Part shown: positions 20,921 through 30,366 of the stretch, in pieces | Position numbering within the stretch: position 1 is the first letter of the stretch | Layout of the letters: the number at the start of each line of letters is the position of its first letter | NCBI GenBank assembly: GCA_963842945.1 | Contig: CAWJIM010000024.1 | Coordinates: 384,001-448,000 of the forward strand | DNA from: an uncultured Gemmatimonadales bacterium | GTDB taxonomy: Bacteria > Gemmatimonadota > Gemmatimonadetes > Gemmatimonadales > GWC2-71-9 | Length of the DNA stretch: 64,000 nt | Direction of reading: 5' to 3' | The notes under the pieces: generated by a model | The model's input: the letters and a program-made list of their open reading frames with translations, nothing else | What the model was told of the DNA's origin: nothing | Database searches by the model: none | Position numbers and translations under genes: made by a program

Positions 20921-21193
20921 GTGACGTACGTGATCGCCGAACCCTGTATTGGCGTCAAAGACCGGTCGTGTCTAGACGTGTGTCCGGTCGACTGCATCTA
21001 CGAGGGCGAAGATCAGCTCTACATCGAGCCCGACGAGTGCATCGACTGCGGGGCCTGCGTGCCCGCATGCCCGGTCACGGCGATCTTCACGGAGGAGGAG
21101 GTCCCGCCCAACTGGCAGTCGTACATCGCGAAAAACCGTGATGTGTTCAAGAGCGACCAGCCGCCAGCGAAGAAGACTCCTGAGAAGAAATAA
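20921..21193 (+). CDS. Ferredoxin (7Fe FdxA-type)
   Basis: RBS GAGGAG; MTYVIAEPCIGVKDRSCLDVCPVDCI..ECIDCGACVPACPV. Confidence 0.95.
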   Translation: MTYVIAEPCIGVKDRSCLDVCPVDCIYEGEDQLYIEPDECIDCGACVPACPVTAIFTEEEVPPNWQSYIAKNRDVFKSDQPPAKKTPEKK

Positions 21194-21368
21194 GAGCGGG
21201 TATTCAGTATACTGGAGGGCCGCATGGATCGAGTCCCACACGGGCCCAATCCGGATCTCTTATCCCCTCAAACAATTGACACGTGGTTGAAGGGTGAAAT
21301 CGGTATCCGAAATGTTACGCCGCCGGATGCATGCATCCGGCGGCGCCTTCCTACCCAGGCAACGGCGC

Positions 21369-22473
21369 TTATGGTATGTACTGCAGGTTGTCCGCGGCCA
21401 AGCCCCCGCCCCCGCCTACCACTTCGATCCGCGGCTTGCCATTGAGCAGGACCGTGGTTCCGGCCATCCACATGCGGGGGCTCGGCATAGAGGCGCGGAG
21501 GGTCCAGAGGTTGGTCACCGGGTCGTACACTATGGTTTTATCCAGGAACTGGTGCAGGTTTCGGATCGGATCGAATCGATGGCCGCCCATCACGTACAGC
21601 TTGTCACCCAGGACGGCCGTTGCCACGCCATCACGGGCCAGTCCCAGTGCATTCCTGGCCGTCCACCTGTTGGTGGCAGGATCATAGACGGACAAGTGTT
21701 CCGTTCCCGTAATAGTCTCCTCCCATTAGGTAGAACTTTTCCCCTATTACCCCACCCGCGACTGTATACACCGCCGGTTGTGCAGCGGGGAAACGGCGGA
21801 GCGAGAGTGACCCACCGATCGATTGCCGGGTTGTAGCGGAACAACCGTGGGCCGGTGAGGTCGCCTTCGCAGGAGCCACCCTCGGTGTAGCTGATCGAGT
21901 GGCAGAGGGTGACCACGTAGAGCTTGCCCTTGATCACGCCGGTCACGCCGCCATAACCCACCGTCCAGTCCTTACCTGGACCGTTGATCGCCGGAAGGTC
22001 GTGCTTCCGGGTCCAGGTATTGGCGCCGGGATCGTACATGTAAAGCGCCCGGATGGGGGAGCGTCTCCGACTACTGAGAACCCGCCGGAGACGTAGATCT
22101 TTCCGTTGATCACGCCGGCGCCGTTGGACAGGTACAGGGGAACGGGGAGCGGCCGCCGCTCGGTCCAGGTATTCGTGGCGGCATTGTAGGCCGAGACCTT
22201 CCTTAGCAGGGTCAATGGGGACACCACGGTCGCACCGCCGATCGCATAGACGATCGACTGCCCGGCTGCGTTCGTCACCGTAGCCACAGCAAGCCTATCT
22301 CGCATGCTCGGCAGGTTTTTCCGGGTGATCCAGCTGTTGCTGGCAACTGCCAACTCGGCCCCGCTCGGCGTGGGCTCCGCTGACTGGGTCGGCTCGGTTG
22401 AATTATCACCGCACGCCGCGACCCAGGCCATGCTGAGCGCCAGTGCGCCCGGTGCTAGTGAACGGTATCTCAT
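21369..22473 (-). CDS. Kelch-repeat lipoprotein, split by frameshifts near 22040, 21780 and 21700
   Basis: RBS AAGGAGG; lipobox AAC; repeated GVINGKIYVSGG / YDPATNRWT kelch motifs. Confidence 0.85.
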
Positions 22474-22859
22474 TGCGGTCTCTCCCTCCTTGGTGGGAGC
22501 GGCGCTCCCAGGAACCACTTCAAAGGCGAGCGACTCAAGCCCGCCGCAGCTTGATGTCACACATGAGCAATTGTGCATCGCAGGCTCGGAAACCATGGTG
22601 AGGTCCGGCTGAAGAATTCTTCATCCCTGCACCTTGCCCCCGGGTTCCTTAGAGCCACATTGACACATTGGGAGAGCTTTCTCCCGTAAGAGTCAGATAG
22701 CCCGCGTCTGCCTCGCGTATCTCACCATTGGATGTGGCCATTCTCCGGAGATTCTGACAGCAGTCTGCGCACCTCAGCCGCGATTGCCTCAAGCCGGGCC
22801 AGCACATCAACCCTCGTGTCGCCACTTTGCCCATTATCACCCACGCCAAAATGGCCACT

Positions 22860-22893
22860 AAAAAAGGCCACCGCCGCGTAAGGGCTGGTGGCC
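22860..22893 (-). terminator. Rho-independent terminator after the tRNA cluster
   Basis: Minus strand GGCCACCagcc..ggcGGTGGCC followed by TTTTTT. Confidence 0.7.
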
Positions 22894-22935
22894 ATTTGGT
22901 CGCTAACCGTCTCTAACGGTACGACTTTCAAAAGA

Positions 22936-23008
22936 TGCGCCGCGTAGGAATCGAACCTACAACCTAGTGATTAAGAGTCACTTGCTCTGCCAATTGAGCT
23001 AGCGGCGC
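22936..23008 (-). tRNA. tRNA-Lys(CTT)
   Basis: GCGCCGCTAGCTCAATTGGCAGAGC..CT-CTT-AA..GGTTCGATTCC; acceptor stem pairs; CCA not encoded. Confidence 0.97.
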
Positions 23009-23014
23009 GGGTAG

Positions 23015-23086
23015 TAGCCCCAAGGGGAGTCGAACCCCTCTCTCGACCTTGAAAGGGTCGCGTCCTAACCGATAGACGATGGGGCC
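23015..23086 (-). tRNA. tRNA-Glu(TTC)
   Basis: GGCCCCATCGTCTATCGGTTAGGAC..CT-TTC-AA..GGTTCGACTCC. Confidence 0.97.
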
Positions 23087-23099
23087 GTCTCACCTTTCA

Positions 23100-23172
23100 T
23101 AGCGCTAACGGGATTCGAACCCGTGTTTGGGCCTTGAGAGGGCCCCGTCCTAGTCCCCTAGACGATAGCGCC
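23100..23172 (-). tRNA. tRNA-Glu(CTC)
   Basis: GGCGCTATCGTCTAGGGGACTAGGAC..CT-CTC-AA..GGTTCGAATCC. Confidence 0.96.
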
Positions 23173-23179
23173 GTTTCAA

Positions 23180-23326
23180 TGAGCTGGGAGCTAGGAGTCG
23201 GGAGCTAGGAGCTCCGGCCGATCACCAATCTCGGCGCTCATCACAAACACCCACAGCGGTGGAACTGTTTCCGAACCCGGAGCCCAGTACTTATCGATCA
23301 GCTCCCAGCTCCTGGCTCCCAGCTCA
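23180..23326. repeat. Heptamer tandem repeats (gagctag/gagctgg)n with inverted partner (agctccc)n in the tRNA spacer
   Basis: Arrays at 23181-23217 and 23300-23326 are mutually complementary. Confidence 0.7.
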
Positions 23327-23332
23327 TCCGAA

Positions 23333-23405
23333 CAGGCCCGGCAGGACTCGAACCTGCAACCCCCGGTTTTGGAGACCGGTGCTCTACCACTTGAGCTACG
23401 GACCT
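23333..23405 (-). tRNA. tRNA-Trp(CCA)
   Basis: AGGTCCGTAGCTCAAGTGGTAGAGC..CT-CCA-AA..GGTTCGAGTCC. Confidence 0.97.
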
Positions 23406-23410
23406 TCGAG

Positions 23411-23485
23411 GGTGGCTGACGGGAATCGAACCCGCAACCTCCGGAGCCACAGTCCGGCGCTCTAACCGATTGAGCTACAACCACC
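23411..23485 (-). tRNA. tRNA-His(GTG)
   Basis: G-1:C73 pair present; CT-GTG-GC loop; GGTTCGATTCC. Confidence 0.97.
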
Positions 23486-23533
23486 ACGGGCCAGCGTCCC
23501 GAGCCGGGAAATATCGCCCGGAAGACCTCCGGG

Positions 23534-24175
23534 TCAAGGCCAAAAACGTGCAGCCAAATCGTCTGTCTGCTTGGCAGAAGGCACCGGATCGTCCTGCACC
23601 GCCGAAACTTTGGCCACGCCCCGGACCGCGTTCGCCAGGAAGAGTGGGAGACCTCTGACCTCACTCCAGGTCGCCCGCCTCTCCTCGATTTCGCCGGCCA
23701 GCTCCGAAATTCGGGCCCGCCCCACTCCAGGCAGGATCCCGAGTTCCAGGGCCGGGGCACAAAGCCTCCCCCCCTCCCACCAGAACACGCTCCAGATCGC
23801 GGTCTCCGCCAGATAGCCTCCGGGAGTCAGCAGCAGCGCGTCGTCGGCCTCCGCCCCGCGGGCCTTGTCCAGCGCCCGATCGAACTGAGCCCGCTCCGTG
23901 GTCTTGTGGGGATATGGATGATGGGCGATCCGGGAAATGATGAGCTTGACCCGCTCGACCGGCTCGACCAGCCGCTCGCTCTCCTGCACCCCACGCATTC
24001 CCACTTCCCAGCGCACCGTTCGATCGAGACCTCCCTCCGGCGGCGGCAGCTCGCCTGGAAGCGGGATGCCCAGCGCCTTGCAGCTGGTGGCCAGCCGGCG
24101 GATGTGGAGATACCAGAGCGGCGCGATACCGTTCCGGATCCGCATGGTCTCGATCAGCGCCGGAGCATGCCGCAT
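23534..24175 (-). CDS. Aminotransferase class IV (aminodeoxychorismate lyase-like)
   Basis: IETMR..HIRRL..HKTT..DDALL..E..ILPGVGR..LANAVRG. Confidence 0.85.
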   Translation of the reverse strand: MRHAPALIETMRIRNGIAPLWYLHIRRLATSCKALGIPLPGELPPPEGGLDRTVRWEVGMRGVQESERLVEPVERVKLIISRIAHHPYPHKTTERAQFDRALDKARGAEADDALLLTPGGYLAETAIWSVFWWEGGRLCAPALELGILPGVGRARISELAGEIEERRATWSEVRGLPLFLANAVRGVAKVSAVQDDPVPSAKQTDDLAARFWP

Positions 24176-25044
24176 CAGGTTACCGGAGCCGTCACCCGGC
24201 TCTCGCTCCAGCTCTTGTAGGTCGTGGCACCCAGAATGATTGCCCCTCCCAGGAGCGCCCAGGTGCCGGGCGTCTCCCGCTGAATGACCCAGGCCCAGAC
24301 CGGATTGAGGACCGGCTCCAGCAACAGAATCACCGAAGCCTCCAGGGCCGGAATGATGTGAATGGCGCTGGTCACGAACACGTAGGCCAGGGCGATCTGG
24401 AAGATGCCCAGGTAGCCAATGATCGCCCAGTCACCCTGGCCGTGGGAGCCGACCGGGAGCGCCATCGGCAGCGCCACCAGAAACGCGGTCAGATTTCCGG
24501 AGACCACCGCCGCAGCCGGCGACCCCCGTCCGGGCGCGGCGCTCAGCCAGCGGAGCCCGCCCACGGCAAGGGCCCAGCAGAGCCCGCTTCCCAGCGCCAG
24601 CAGGTTTCCCCGGTCGGGATCTGGTGCTGTCACGACCGGCTGCTCTACCCCCACAAAGAACAGCGCCAGCCCCGCCGCGACCGTCGCCATGAAGCCGAGA
24701 TCCTGGCGGCGTACCTGCTCCTTGAGCAACCAGGGAGCGAGGATGAGGAGGTAAAGCGGGGCCGTCGACTGAAGAAAGATGGTGTTGGCCGCGGTCGTGA
24801 GTCGGTTGGCCAGAACGAATAGAGTGAGGCATCCTGCGTACGCGACCCCGACCAGCGCGCTACCCCAGGTCCACCCCCGCCGTGCCGCCGGTGTCATCAG
24901 CCACAGGGCTACCGCCGCCACGCCGGACCGGAAGCTCGCGATCTGCCACCCGGTAAAGTCCGCGGCCTTGATGGCGGCACCGCCGGTGGAGAACAGCAGA
25001 GCAGCTCCTGCCAACTGCAACCGGGCGAGGGATTTTGGGGTCAT
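24175..25044 (-). CDS. DMT/EamA family transporter
   Basis: About 10 TM helices; LQSTAP, LLEPVLNPVW. Confidence 0.9.
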   Translation of the reverse strand: MTPKSLARLQLAGAALLFSTGGAAIKAADFTGWQIASFRSGVAAVALWLMTPAARRGWTWGSALVGVAYAGCLTLFVLANRLTTAANTIFLQSTAPLYLLILAPWLLKEQVRRQDLGFMATVAAGLALFFVGVEQPVVTAPDPDRGNLLALGSGLCWALAVGGLRWLSAAPGRGSPAAAVVSGNLTAFLVALPMALPVGSHGQGDWAIIGYLGIFQIALAYVFVTSAIHIIPALEASVILLLEPVLNPVWAWVIQRETPGTWALLGGAIILGATTYKSWSESRVTAPVT

Positions 25045-25053
25045 GGGGGGAAG

Positions 25054-25191
25054 GTAAGCGGAGAACCGGTAAGCGGTGAGCGGTAAGCGGTGAGCGGGTC
25101 AGTGACCCCGCCCACATTGATTTGGGCCCGAAAGTCGGCATCTTCATCGCCTCGAATTCGGACTTCACTCGCGACTCCTGACTCGCGACTC
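25054..25191. repeat. Intergenic heptamer tandem repeats (taagcgg/tgagcgg)n and (actcgcg)n
   Basis: Seen directly. Confidence 0.7.
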
Positions 25192-25210
25192 ATTCTACTA
25201 AGAGGTTCCC

Positions 25211-25800
25211 ATGTCCCTCCTCGAAATGCTGCAGCAACGACTCGGCGGCCAGGCGATCAACACGATCAGCCGTCAGCTCGGCGCCGACCCGGGCACCACC
25301 AGCAATGCCGTGGATGCCGCACTGCCACTCCTGCTGAGTGCGGTAGCGCGGAACGCCGGCAACCCCAATCAGGCACAATCACTCGACCGGGCGATTGCTC
25401 AGGACCACGATGGAAGCATCCTGGACGACATTCCGGGCTTCCTCAATCAGGGTGGCGGAGGCGCCGGCGCCGGAATTCTCAAGCACGTGCTCGGCGGCAG
25501 ACAGCAGAACGTTCAGAACGGGCTCAGTCAGGCCACCGGACTCGACGCCGGCAAGACCGCACAACTCCTCACCATGCTGGCGCCGCTCGTCCTGGGCGCC
25601 CTGGGCCGGGCCAAGCGGGAGAATCAGCTCGACAGCAACGGGCTCTCCACCATGCTCACCGGAGAACACGAGCGACTCAAGGAGTCGGCTCCCGGCGTCA
25701 TGGGGGCGTTGAGCCGTTTACTCGACCAGAACAACGATGGAAACGTGATGGACGATGTGAGTGGAATGCTGGGCAAGGCGTTTGGGAAGAGAGCACGGAG
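25211..25800 (+). CDS. DUF937-like protein; the real stop near 25790 is probably lost (ORF track runs on to 25945)
   Basis: ISRQLG..ALPLLL..DHDGSILD..GILKHVLG..LDQNNDGNVMDD; the tail beyond GKAFGK overlaps the convergent gene. Confidence 0.82.
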
Positions 25801-25827
25801 GCGGGAGGGGTGGAAGGACCGGGGTTG

Positions 25828-26163
25828 TCACAGCTCAGCCACGCGCTCCCTCCGACCTCCTTCCCGAGCTTGCCCTTCTCGAAAGCGGGGCCGTGCAGGA
25901 TCGGAGAAGTCCAGCCACTCCCAGGGAATGGCGCGGGTCCGATAGCGTCGCGCAAGGCCTAGACTCTTCAGGGTGGGGAGCTGTGCCGCCATGCTGAAGA
26001 GTCGGGCCCTGATTCCCAGTTCGCCCAAGACGACCTCCCGCACCAGATACTCATCCCCATCCGGCTCGGCTCGCACATCTTCGATTCGTCCCACCGGCCG
26101 GCCGGCGGCGGTTCGCACCACCCGCCCTAGCAGGTCCTCCAGATAGAGCTCCCGACTCACCAT
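25828..26163 (-). CDS. PRC-barrel-like small protein
   Basis: LEDLLGRVVRTAAGRPVGRIEDV..IPWEWLD. Confidence 0.72.
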   Translation of the reverse strand: MVSRELYLEDLLGRVVRTAAGRPVGRIEDVRAEPDGDEYLVREVVLGELGIRARLFSMAAQLPTLKSLGLARRYRTRAIPWEWLDFSDPARPRFREGQAREGGRRERVAEL

Positions 26164-26165
26164 GT

Positions 26166-26519
26166 TCAGGCCCCCGGAATCCGACGCACGACACGATCTC
26201 GGACCCAGTGCTCCCACGGCATCGCGTCGGCAGCCGCGAAATCGACCTTCACGTCCACTCCGATCTTCTTCACCTGCGGCCAGGGGATGCGGACCGGCTC
26301 GACCCGGGAGGGAGCCAGTCCGCGCGTCAGTTTTCGGACCCACTGTTCGATGCGAGGGTGCAGCCGACGGGACAGCAGGTGGCCGCCGGTGAGGACGGCC
26401 GCGACACGGGCCGGCTTGCCTTCGCGCAACTCCAGCGCGATGCCATCCACCTTGCCCATGTTCAGACCATTCCGGTCCACCAGCTGCTGGTCGAGTACCT
26501 GCCTGCCGAGGTCTATCAT
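26166..26519 (-). CDS. PRC-barrel-like small protein
   Basis: DLGRQVLDQQLVDRNGLNMGKVDGI..IPWPQV; ATG overlaps the NRAMP stop. Confidence 0.75.
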   Translation of the reverse strand: MIDLGRQVLDQQLVDRNGLNMGKVDGIALELREGKPARVAAVLTGGHLLSRRLHPRIEQWVRKLTRGLAPSRVEPVRIPWPQVKKIGVDVKVDFAAADAMPWEHWVRDRVVRRIPGA

Positions 26520-27733
26520 CACCCCCCCATCAGTTGAAGCGGGATGGCCACCAGCGCAATGAGCGACGCCAGGAGGCTGATCACGATCACCGCCGCATTG
26601 CCGATCCAGTGATTGCCCATCTCGCCACAGTAGTCGCGGTCGTTCATCAGGATGAGGAAGGGAAAGGTGACGATGGGAAGGGTCAACGAGGTCAACGCCA
26701 TAGAGAAGAGCGTCAGCTTCAACGGATCCAGGCCCAGCACGATCAACAGCGTGGCCACCGCGATCATGATAGTGTAGGTCAGGCTGAACCGGGCCGCATC
26801 CCGGGGGTGCACGCTCTCCCCCCAGTTCCACCCCAGCCCCTGCGCAAAGGAATAGGCGGTGGCAAGGCTCAGCTCCAGCGCGGCGCCAAGGCAGCTGACG
26901 AGAAGTGTCGCAGCGAAGAGATAGAAACCCCAGCGCCCCAGTGGCCCGGTGAGCAACAACCCCAACTGCTCGAAGCGGTCGGGCTGGATTCCGGCGGGCT
27001 GCAGCACCAGCGCGGCTACGATCATGACGGCGATACACAAGACACAGCCAAAGCTCATCCCCACCGTGGCGACCGCGCGGTTCACGCCGATCTCATCCAC
27101 TCCCCAGTGGTCCTCGATCGCTCCCGATGAATAGAAGTAGAAGAGATAGGGGCTGATCACCGCGCCCAGGATGCTCACGGCGGTGAACCAGTAGTGCACC
27201 GGTCGTTCCGCCGGCAGGGTGAGTGCCAGCCCGGCCACGACGTCGTGCCCAGCCGGATGGAGCTTCCAGGCGCCCACGAGAAACGCCAGCGCCACCATCC
27301 CCAGCAGCGACACCCCGTTTTCAATCAGCCCGAAGCTGCCCTTCCAGAGCAGGAGCCAGGTCAGAATACCGGTGGGGAGAGCCCACCAGCGGAAGCCAAT
27401 CCCGGTCACCAACTGAAGCGCCAGGCTCATCCCGCCGATTTCGGCCGCCAGCACGAGCACGTTGACCAGCACGTCGCTGACCAGCGTCAGCATGAACACT
27501 CGGGGGCCAAAGCGCTCCCGCATCGCGTCCTTGATCGTATGATGACTGAGGGCGGCCAGCCTGCCGGACATTTCCACCAGGAAGATCACGCAGATCGTCC
27601 CCAGCACCACGGCCCAGATGAGCTGGAACCGAAACGACGCGCCCGCCTCGGCCGCGGTGGCGATGGCACCGACCTCGAGAAAGCCGCCTATACTGGTGAA
27701 GATGCCGAGCGCGATCTTGAGCAGCTTGCTCAT
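26519..27733 (-). CDS. NRAMP/MntH-related divalent metal transporter
   Basis: About 11 TM helices; GGFLEVG (EVG in place of DPG), EMSGRLA, AEIGG, LGAVISPY. Confidence 0.85.
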   Translation of the reverse strand: MSKLLKIALGIFTSIGGFLEVGAIATAAEAGASFRFQLIWAVVLGTICVIFLVEMSGRLAALSHHTIKDAMRERFGPRVFMLTLVSDVLVNVLVLAAEIGGMSLALQLVTGIGFRWWALPTGILTWLLLWKGSFGLIENGVSLLGMVALAFLVGAWKLHPAGHDVVAGLALTLPAERPVHYWFTAVSILGAVISPYLFYFYSSGAIEDHWGVDEIGVNRAVATVGMSFGCVLCIAVMIVAALVLQPAGIQPDRFEQLGLLLTGPLGRWGFYLFAATLLVSCLGAALELSLATAYSFAQGLGWNWGESVHPRDAARFSLTYTIMIAVATLLIVLGLDPLKLTLFSMALTSLTLPIVTFPFLILMNDRDYCGEMGNHWIGNAAVIVISLLASLIALVAIPLQLMGG

Positions 27734-28080
27734 GAAGGGCCCGGATCGGGCAAGCCGAGCAACGCGGCCAGCCGGTGGATGGCCTGGTCCAGGGCTGCGC
27801 GCTCCTGGGCCGGCAGCCTCTGCCACTCCGGTGCACCAGCCTCGGTCTTTCTGCTCTCCATCGCCGCCGCAACGATCTGGCGGCCATACACCCGTGGAGC
27901 AGCACCCCGCTGGACCGCATCGGTGGTCTTCTCGACCGTCGCCGTCCAGGACCTCAGCTCCCGGTGCAGCTGCTCCTGCTTTTTCTCGGGAGAGCCGTGA
28001 CAGGCTGTAACAAGTAAGAGGTAAGCAGTAAGCGGTAAGCGGGAAGCAAGAGCAACAAAGGCGGGCCTCTTATCTCTCAT
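27730..28080 (-). CDS. Small putative lipoprotein
   Basis: Hydrophobic stretch with lipobox TAC; its stop overlaps the NRAMP ATG (ATGA); the N-terminus is encoded by heptamer repeats. Confidence 0.6.
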   Translation of the reverse strand: MRDKRPAFVALASRLPLTAYLLLVTACHGSPEKKQEQLHRELRSWTATVEKTTDAVQRGAAPRVYGRQIVAAAMESRKTEAGAPEWQRLPAQERAALDQAIHRLAALLGLPDPGPS

Positions 28081-28090
28081 CTCTCACCTC

Positions 28091-29328
28091 TCATTTTAAG
28101 GTGTAGAGATAACTCGCGATGTCCCGGGCGGCGGCCTCGGTGAGACCGACGTCGGGCATCGCTGTCAGGGGGTCGACCTGCTGCGGGTGGTGGATCCACC
28201 GAATCAGATTGGAAGGGGTGTTGGTCAGAACGCCGGCAATGTATGGCCGCCCGCTGAGCCCGGCGAGCGCTGGCCCCACGGTGCCTCGGGCGCCGGACAC
28301 GCCAGGAATCGTATGGCAGGTGCCGCAGCCGTATTGCCGGATGGCCAGGGCGCCGCGTTGCGGAATTCCCCCGGTGATCTGGGTGGCGTCAGCCGGCGTC
28401 ATGGCTGTGCTTCGTTCGCAACCTGCCAGCGTGAGCGCCACCAGCATCACCGTGACCACGCCCGCTGCTCCGGCTCTCGCCGGGACGGCTACGCCCTGTC
28501 CGGGTAGCCTGAGCCAGCTTGCAGCGACGGCCAGCGCTGCCACCAGGTACGCCACCCCGGCGGGAATCCACATGATCAACCCGGCCAGCTGCTGGTCTTC
28601 CAGCGGAGTCAGTCCCCATGGGGCCGTGCTCGGACTGGTACAACGGGTACCAGACGCGGTCGCTGAAGGTCAGCAAAACTCCGAGCAGGCTGGTGTGCAG
28701 CGCCGTTGTAAAGAGGTAAAGGATCGCGGCCGGACGCCCCAGGCGGCCCTCGCGCACCCGAAGCAGCGACCACCAGAACAGCAGGGCAGATCCCAGGAAG
28801 GTCAGATGTTGGGCCGTATGTATCAGATCGCTGTCCAGGGTGGCCTCGAAAGAGTGCGGGCACGTGCCAGAGCCAGATGGCAATCGCATGGACCGTCCAG
28901 GCCAACGCCGGAAGAGTCAGGAGATACCAGGTGCGCTGCACCGAGGACCGGGCTGAAATACCCCCTGCGATTCTGCGCCATGAGATCGGAACCGCCCACA
29001 GGAACGCAACGATGGGCCGGCCGAGCACCAGCAATGGTGCCGTGACTACCATGAGCAGCTCGTGCTGCGCCATGTGAGCGGAGAACAGCACCTGACCCAT
29101 CAGATGCAGCGGTGAGACCAGCGCAACCGCCAGCCCCGCCAAGCCCAGGCCAAAGAGCAGAGCCTCCCACCGGCGGATGCCGTGCCCCGATCCGGCGTTG
29201 TCCCACAGCCGCCATAATCCTCTCGAGTACAACCAGGCCGTGAGGCCAAGGCCGGCCACCACCCCCGGCTCCAAGCTCCAGGCGGTCCAGAAATTTTGCG
29301 GGCTAATCAGTTCGGTCGAATGAACCAT
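28091..29328 (-). CDS. caa3-type cytochrome c oxidase assembly factor (CtaG) fused to a C-terminal cytochrome c, frameshifts near 28860 and 28625
   Basis: FSAHMAQHELL..APLLVLGRP, WLWHVP, QHLTFL..FWW, DQQLAGLIMWIPAG, then CGTCH..GP..AMPDVG. Confidence 0.82.
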
Positions 29329-29365
29329 CTCCCGTCCTTCCCGTCTTTCCCGTCCTTCCCGCCCT

Positions 29366-29740
29366 TTATTGACACGGACTCAGCACCAAGCTTGGAATCC
29401 ACTGGGCCACGATCACCATCACGATGAAGAGACTCAGCAGAAGCCCCACGCCCGCCATGAACCGGCTCCGAGACAGCCGTCCCCCTGCTCCGCCGGGCCA
29501 GGTCTCCCCGGTGGATCTCCAGCTCCGCCACGCCGTCAGAGCACCGGCGGCGGCAAGCAGGAGGCAGACCAGGTGGACGACATGCATCAGCAGCCTGGTT
29601 CCATTCGAGCACGCAGTGGGAACCAGCGCGTACGCGACCTCGAGATTGAGCAGGAACGCAGCCGGCGCCAGCAGAAGTCCCGCCCACAGGGCCCTCAGCT
29701 CCCTGGCGTCGGGTATGTCGGTCCGCGAGTCTACGGTCAT
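29366..29740 (-). CDS. Small 3-TM membrane protein of the oxidase operon
   Basis: LWAGLLLAPAAF..YALVPTAC..RSRFMA..SPCQ. Confidence 0.72.
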   Translation of the reverse strand: MTVDSRTDIPDARELRALWAGLLLAPAAFLLNLEVAYALVPTACSNGTRLLMHVVHLVCLLLAAAGALTAWRSWRSTGETWPGGAGGRLSRSRFMAGVGLLLSLFIVMVIVAQWIPSLVLSPCQ

Positions 29741-29755
29741 GCTGCTTCTACCCGG

Positions 29756-30366
29756 TCACATGAAGTACGGTGAGAGGAACACCGCGATATAGAGCGGGAC
29801 CCACACGCCCGTCAGGAAGTACCAGTACAGTGCGTTGTCGCTCACTCCCGAGAGATCCCGCTCCTCCACCTGATCGCCAAACATGAGTCTCGTAATAGCG
29901 AGCGTCTCGGCCGCCTCCAGCACCAGCAGCGTGCTGTGGGAGAAGACCACGGCCCAGGCCGCCGAGCCGTAGGCGCTGGTGTCCCAGCGGACCTTGAGCG
30001 CTCGGAACTCGTAGACCCGGAGCACGCACATGAGCAGGATCAACAACGAGCAGATCAGGAGTCCGGTCCGCACCGTAGCGGAGGTCCATCCGGTGAGGTC
30101 GCCCGATCCACCCAGCGCATCGGGACTATGCTCAGCAGCATCACCAGGACCTGGATCGTCGGTATCACCAGCCCGGGCCGATAGATGTGCTGCGGCGGCC
30201 AGGTGGCGAAGTTCCGGCGGAGGTAGAAATACGTGACCGCGCAGATGAACAGCGTGGTGCCCTCGATGATGATGAACCCCATCGTGCCCCACCACATCAG
30301 GGCCCGGTTTCCGAACACGGTCCGGGGAAGATGCCGCACATCGGCGACGGCACGGGTGGCTCTCAT
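29756..30366 (-). CDS. Cytochrome c oxidase subunit III (short form), frameshift near 30100
   Basis: WWGTMGFIIIEGT..WPP, RWDTSAYGS..H, ALYWYF..W. Confidence 0.85.

Noticed and set aside
22649..22931. Small minus-strand ORFs next to tRNA-Lys
   Set aside because: They overlap the terminator, lack a clear RBS and have no recognisable domain; at most an element remnant.
25790..25945. C-terminal extension of the DUF937 protein
   Set aside because: Arg-rich sequence overlapping a convergent gene; probably a lost stop codon.
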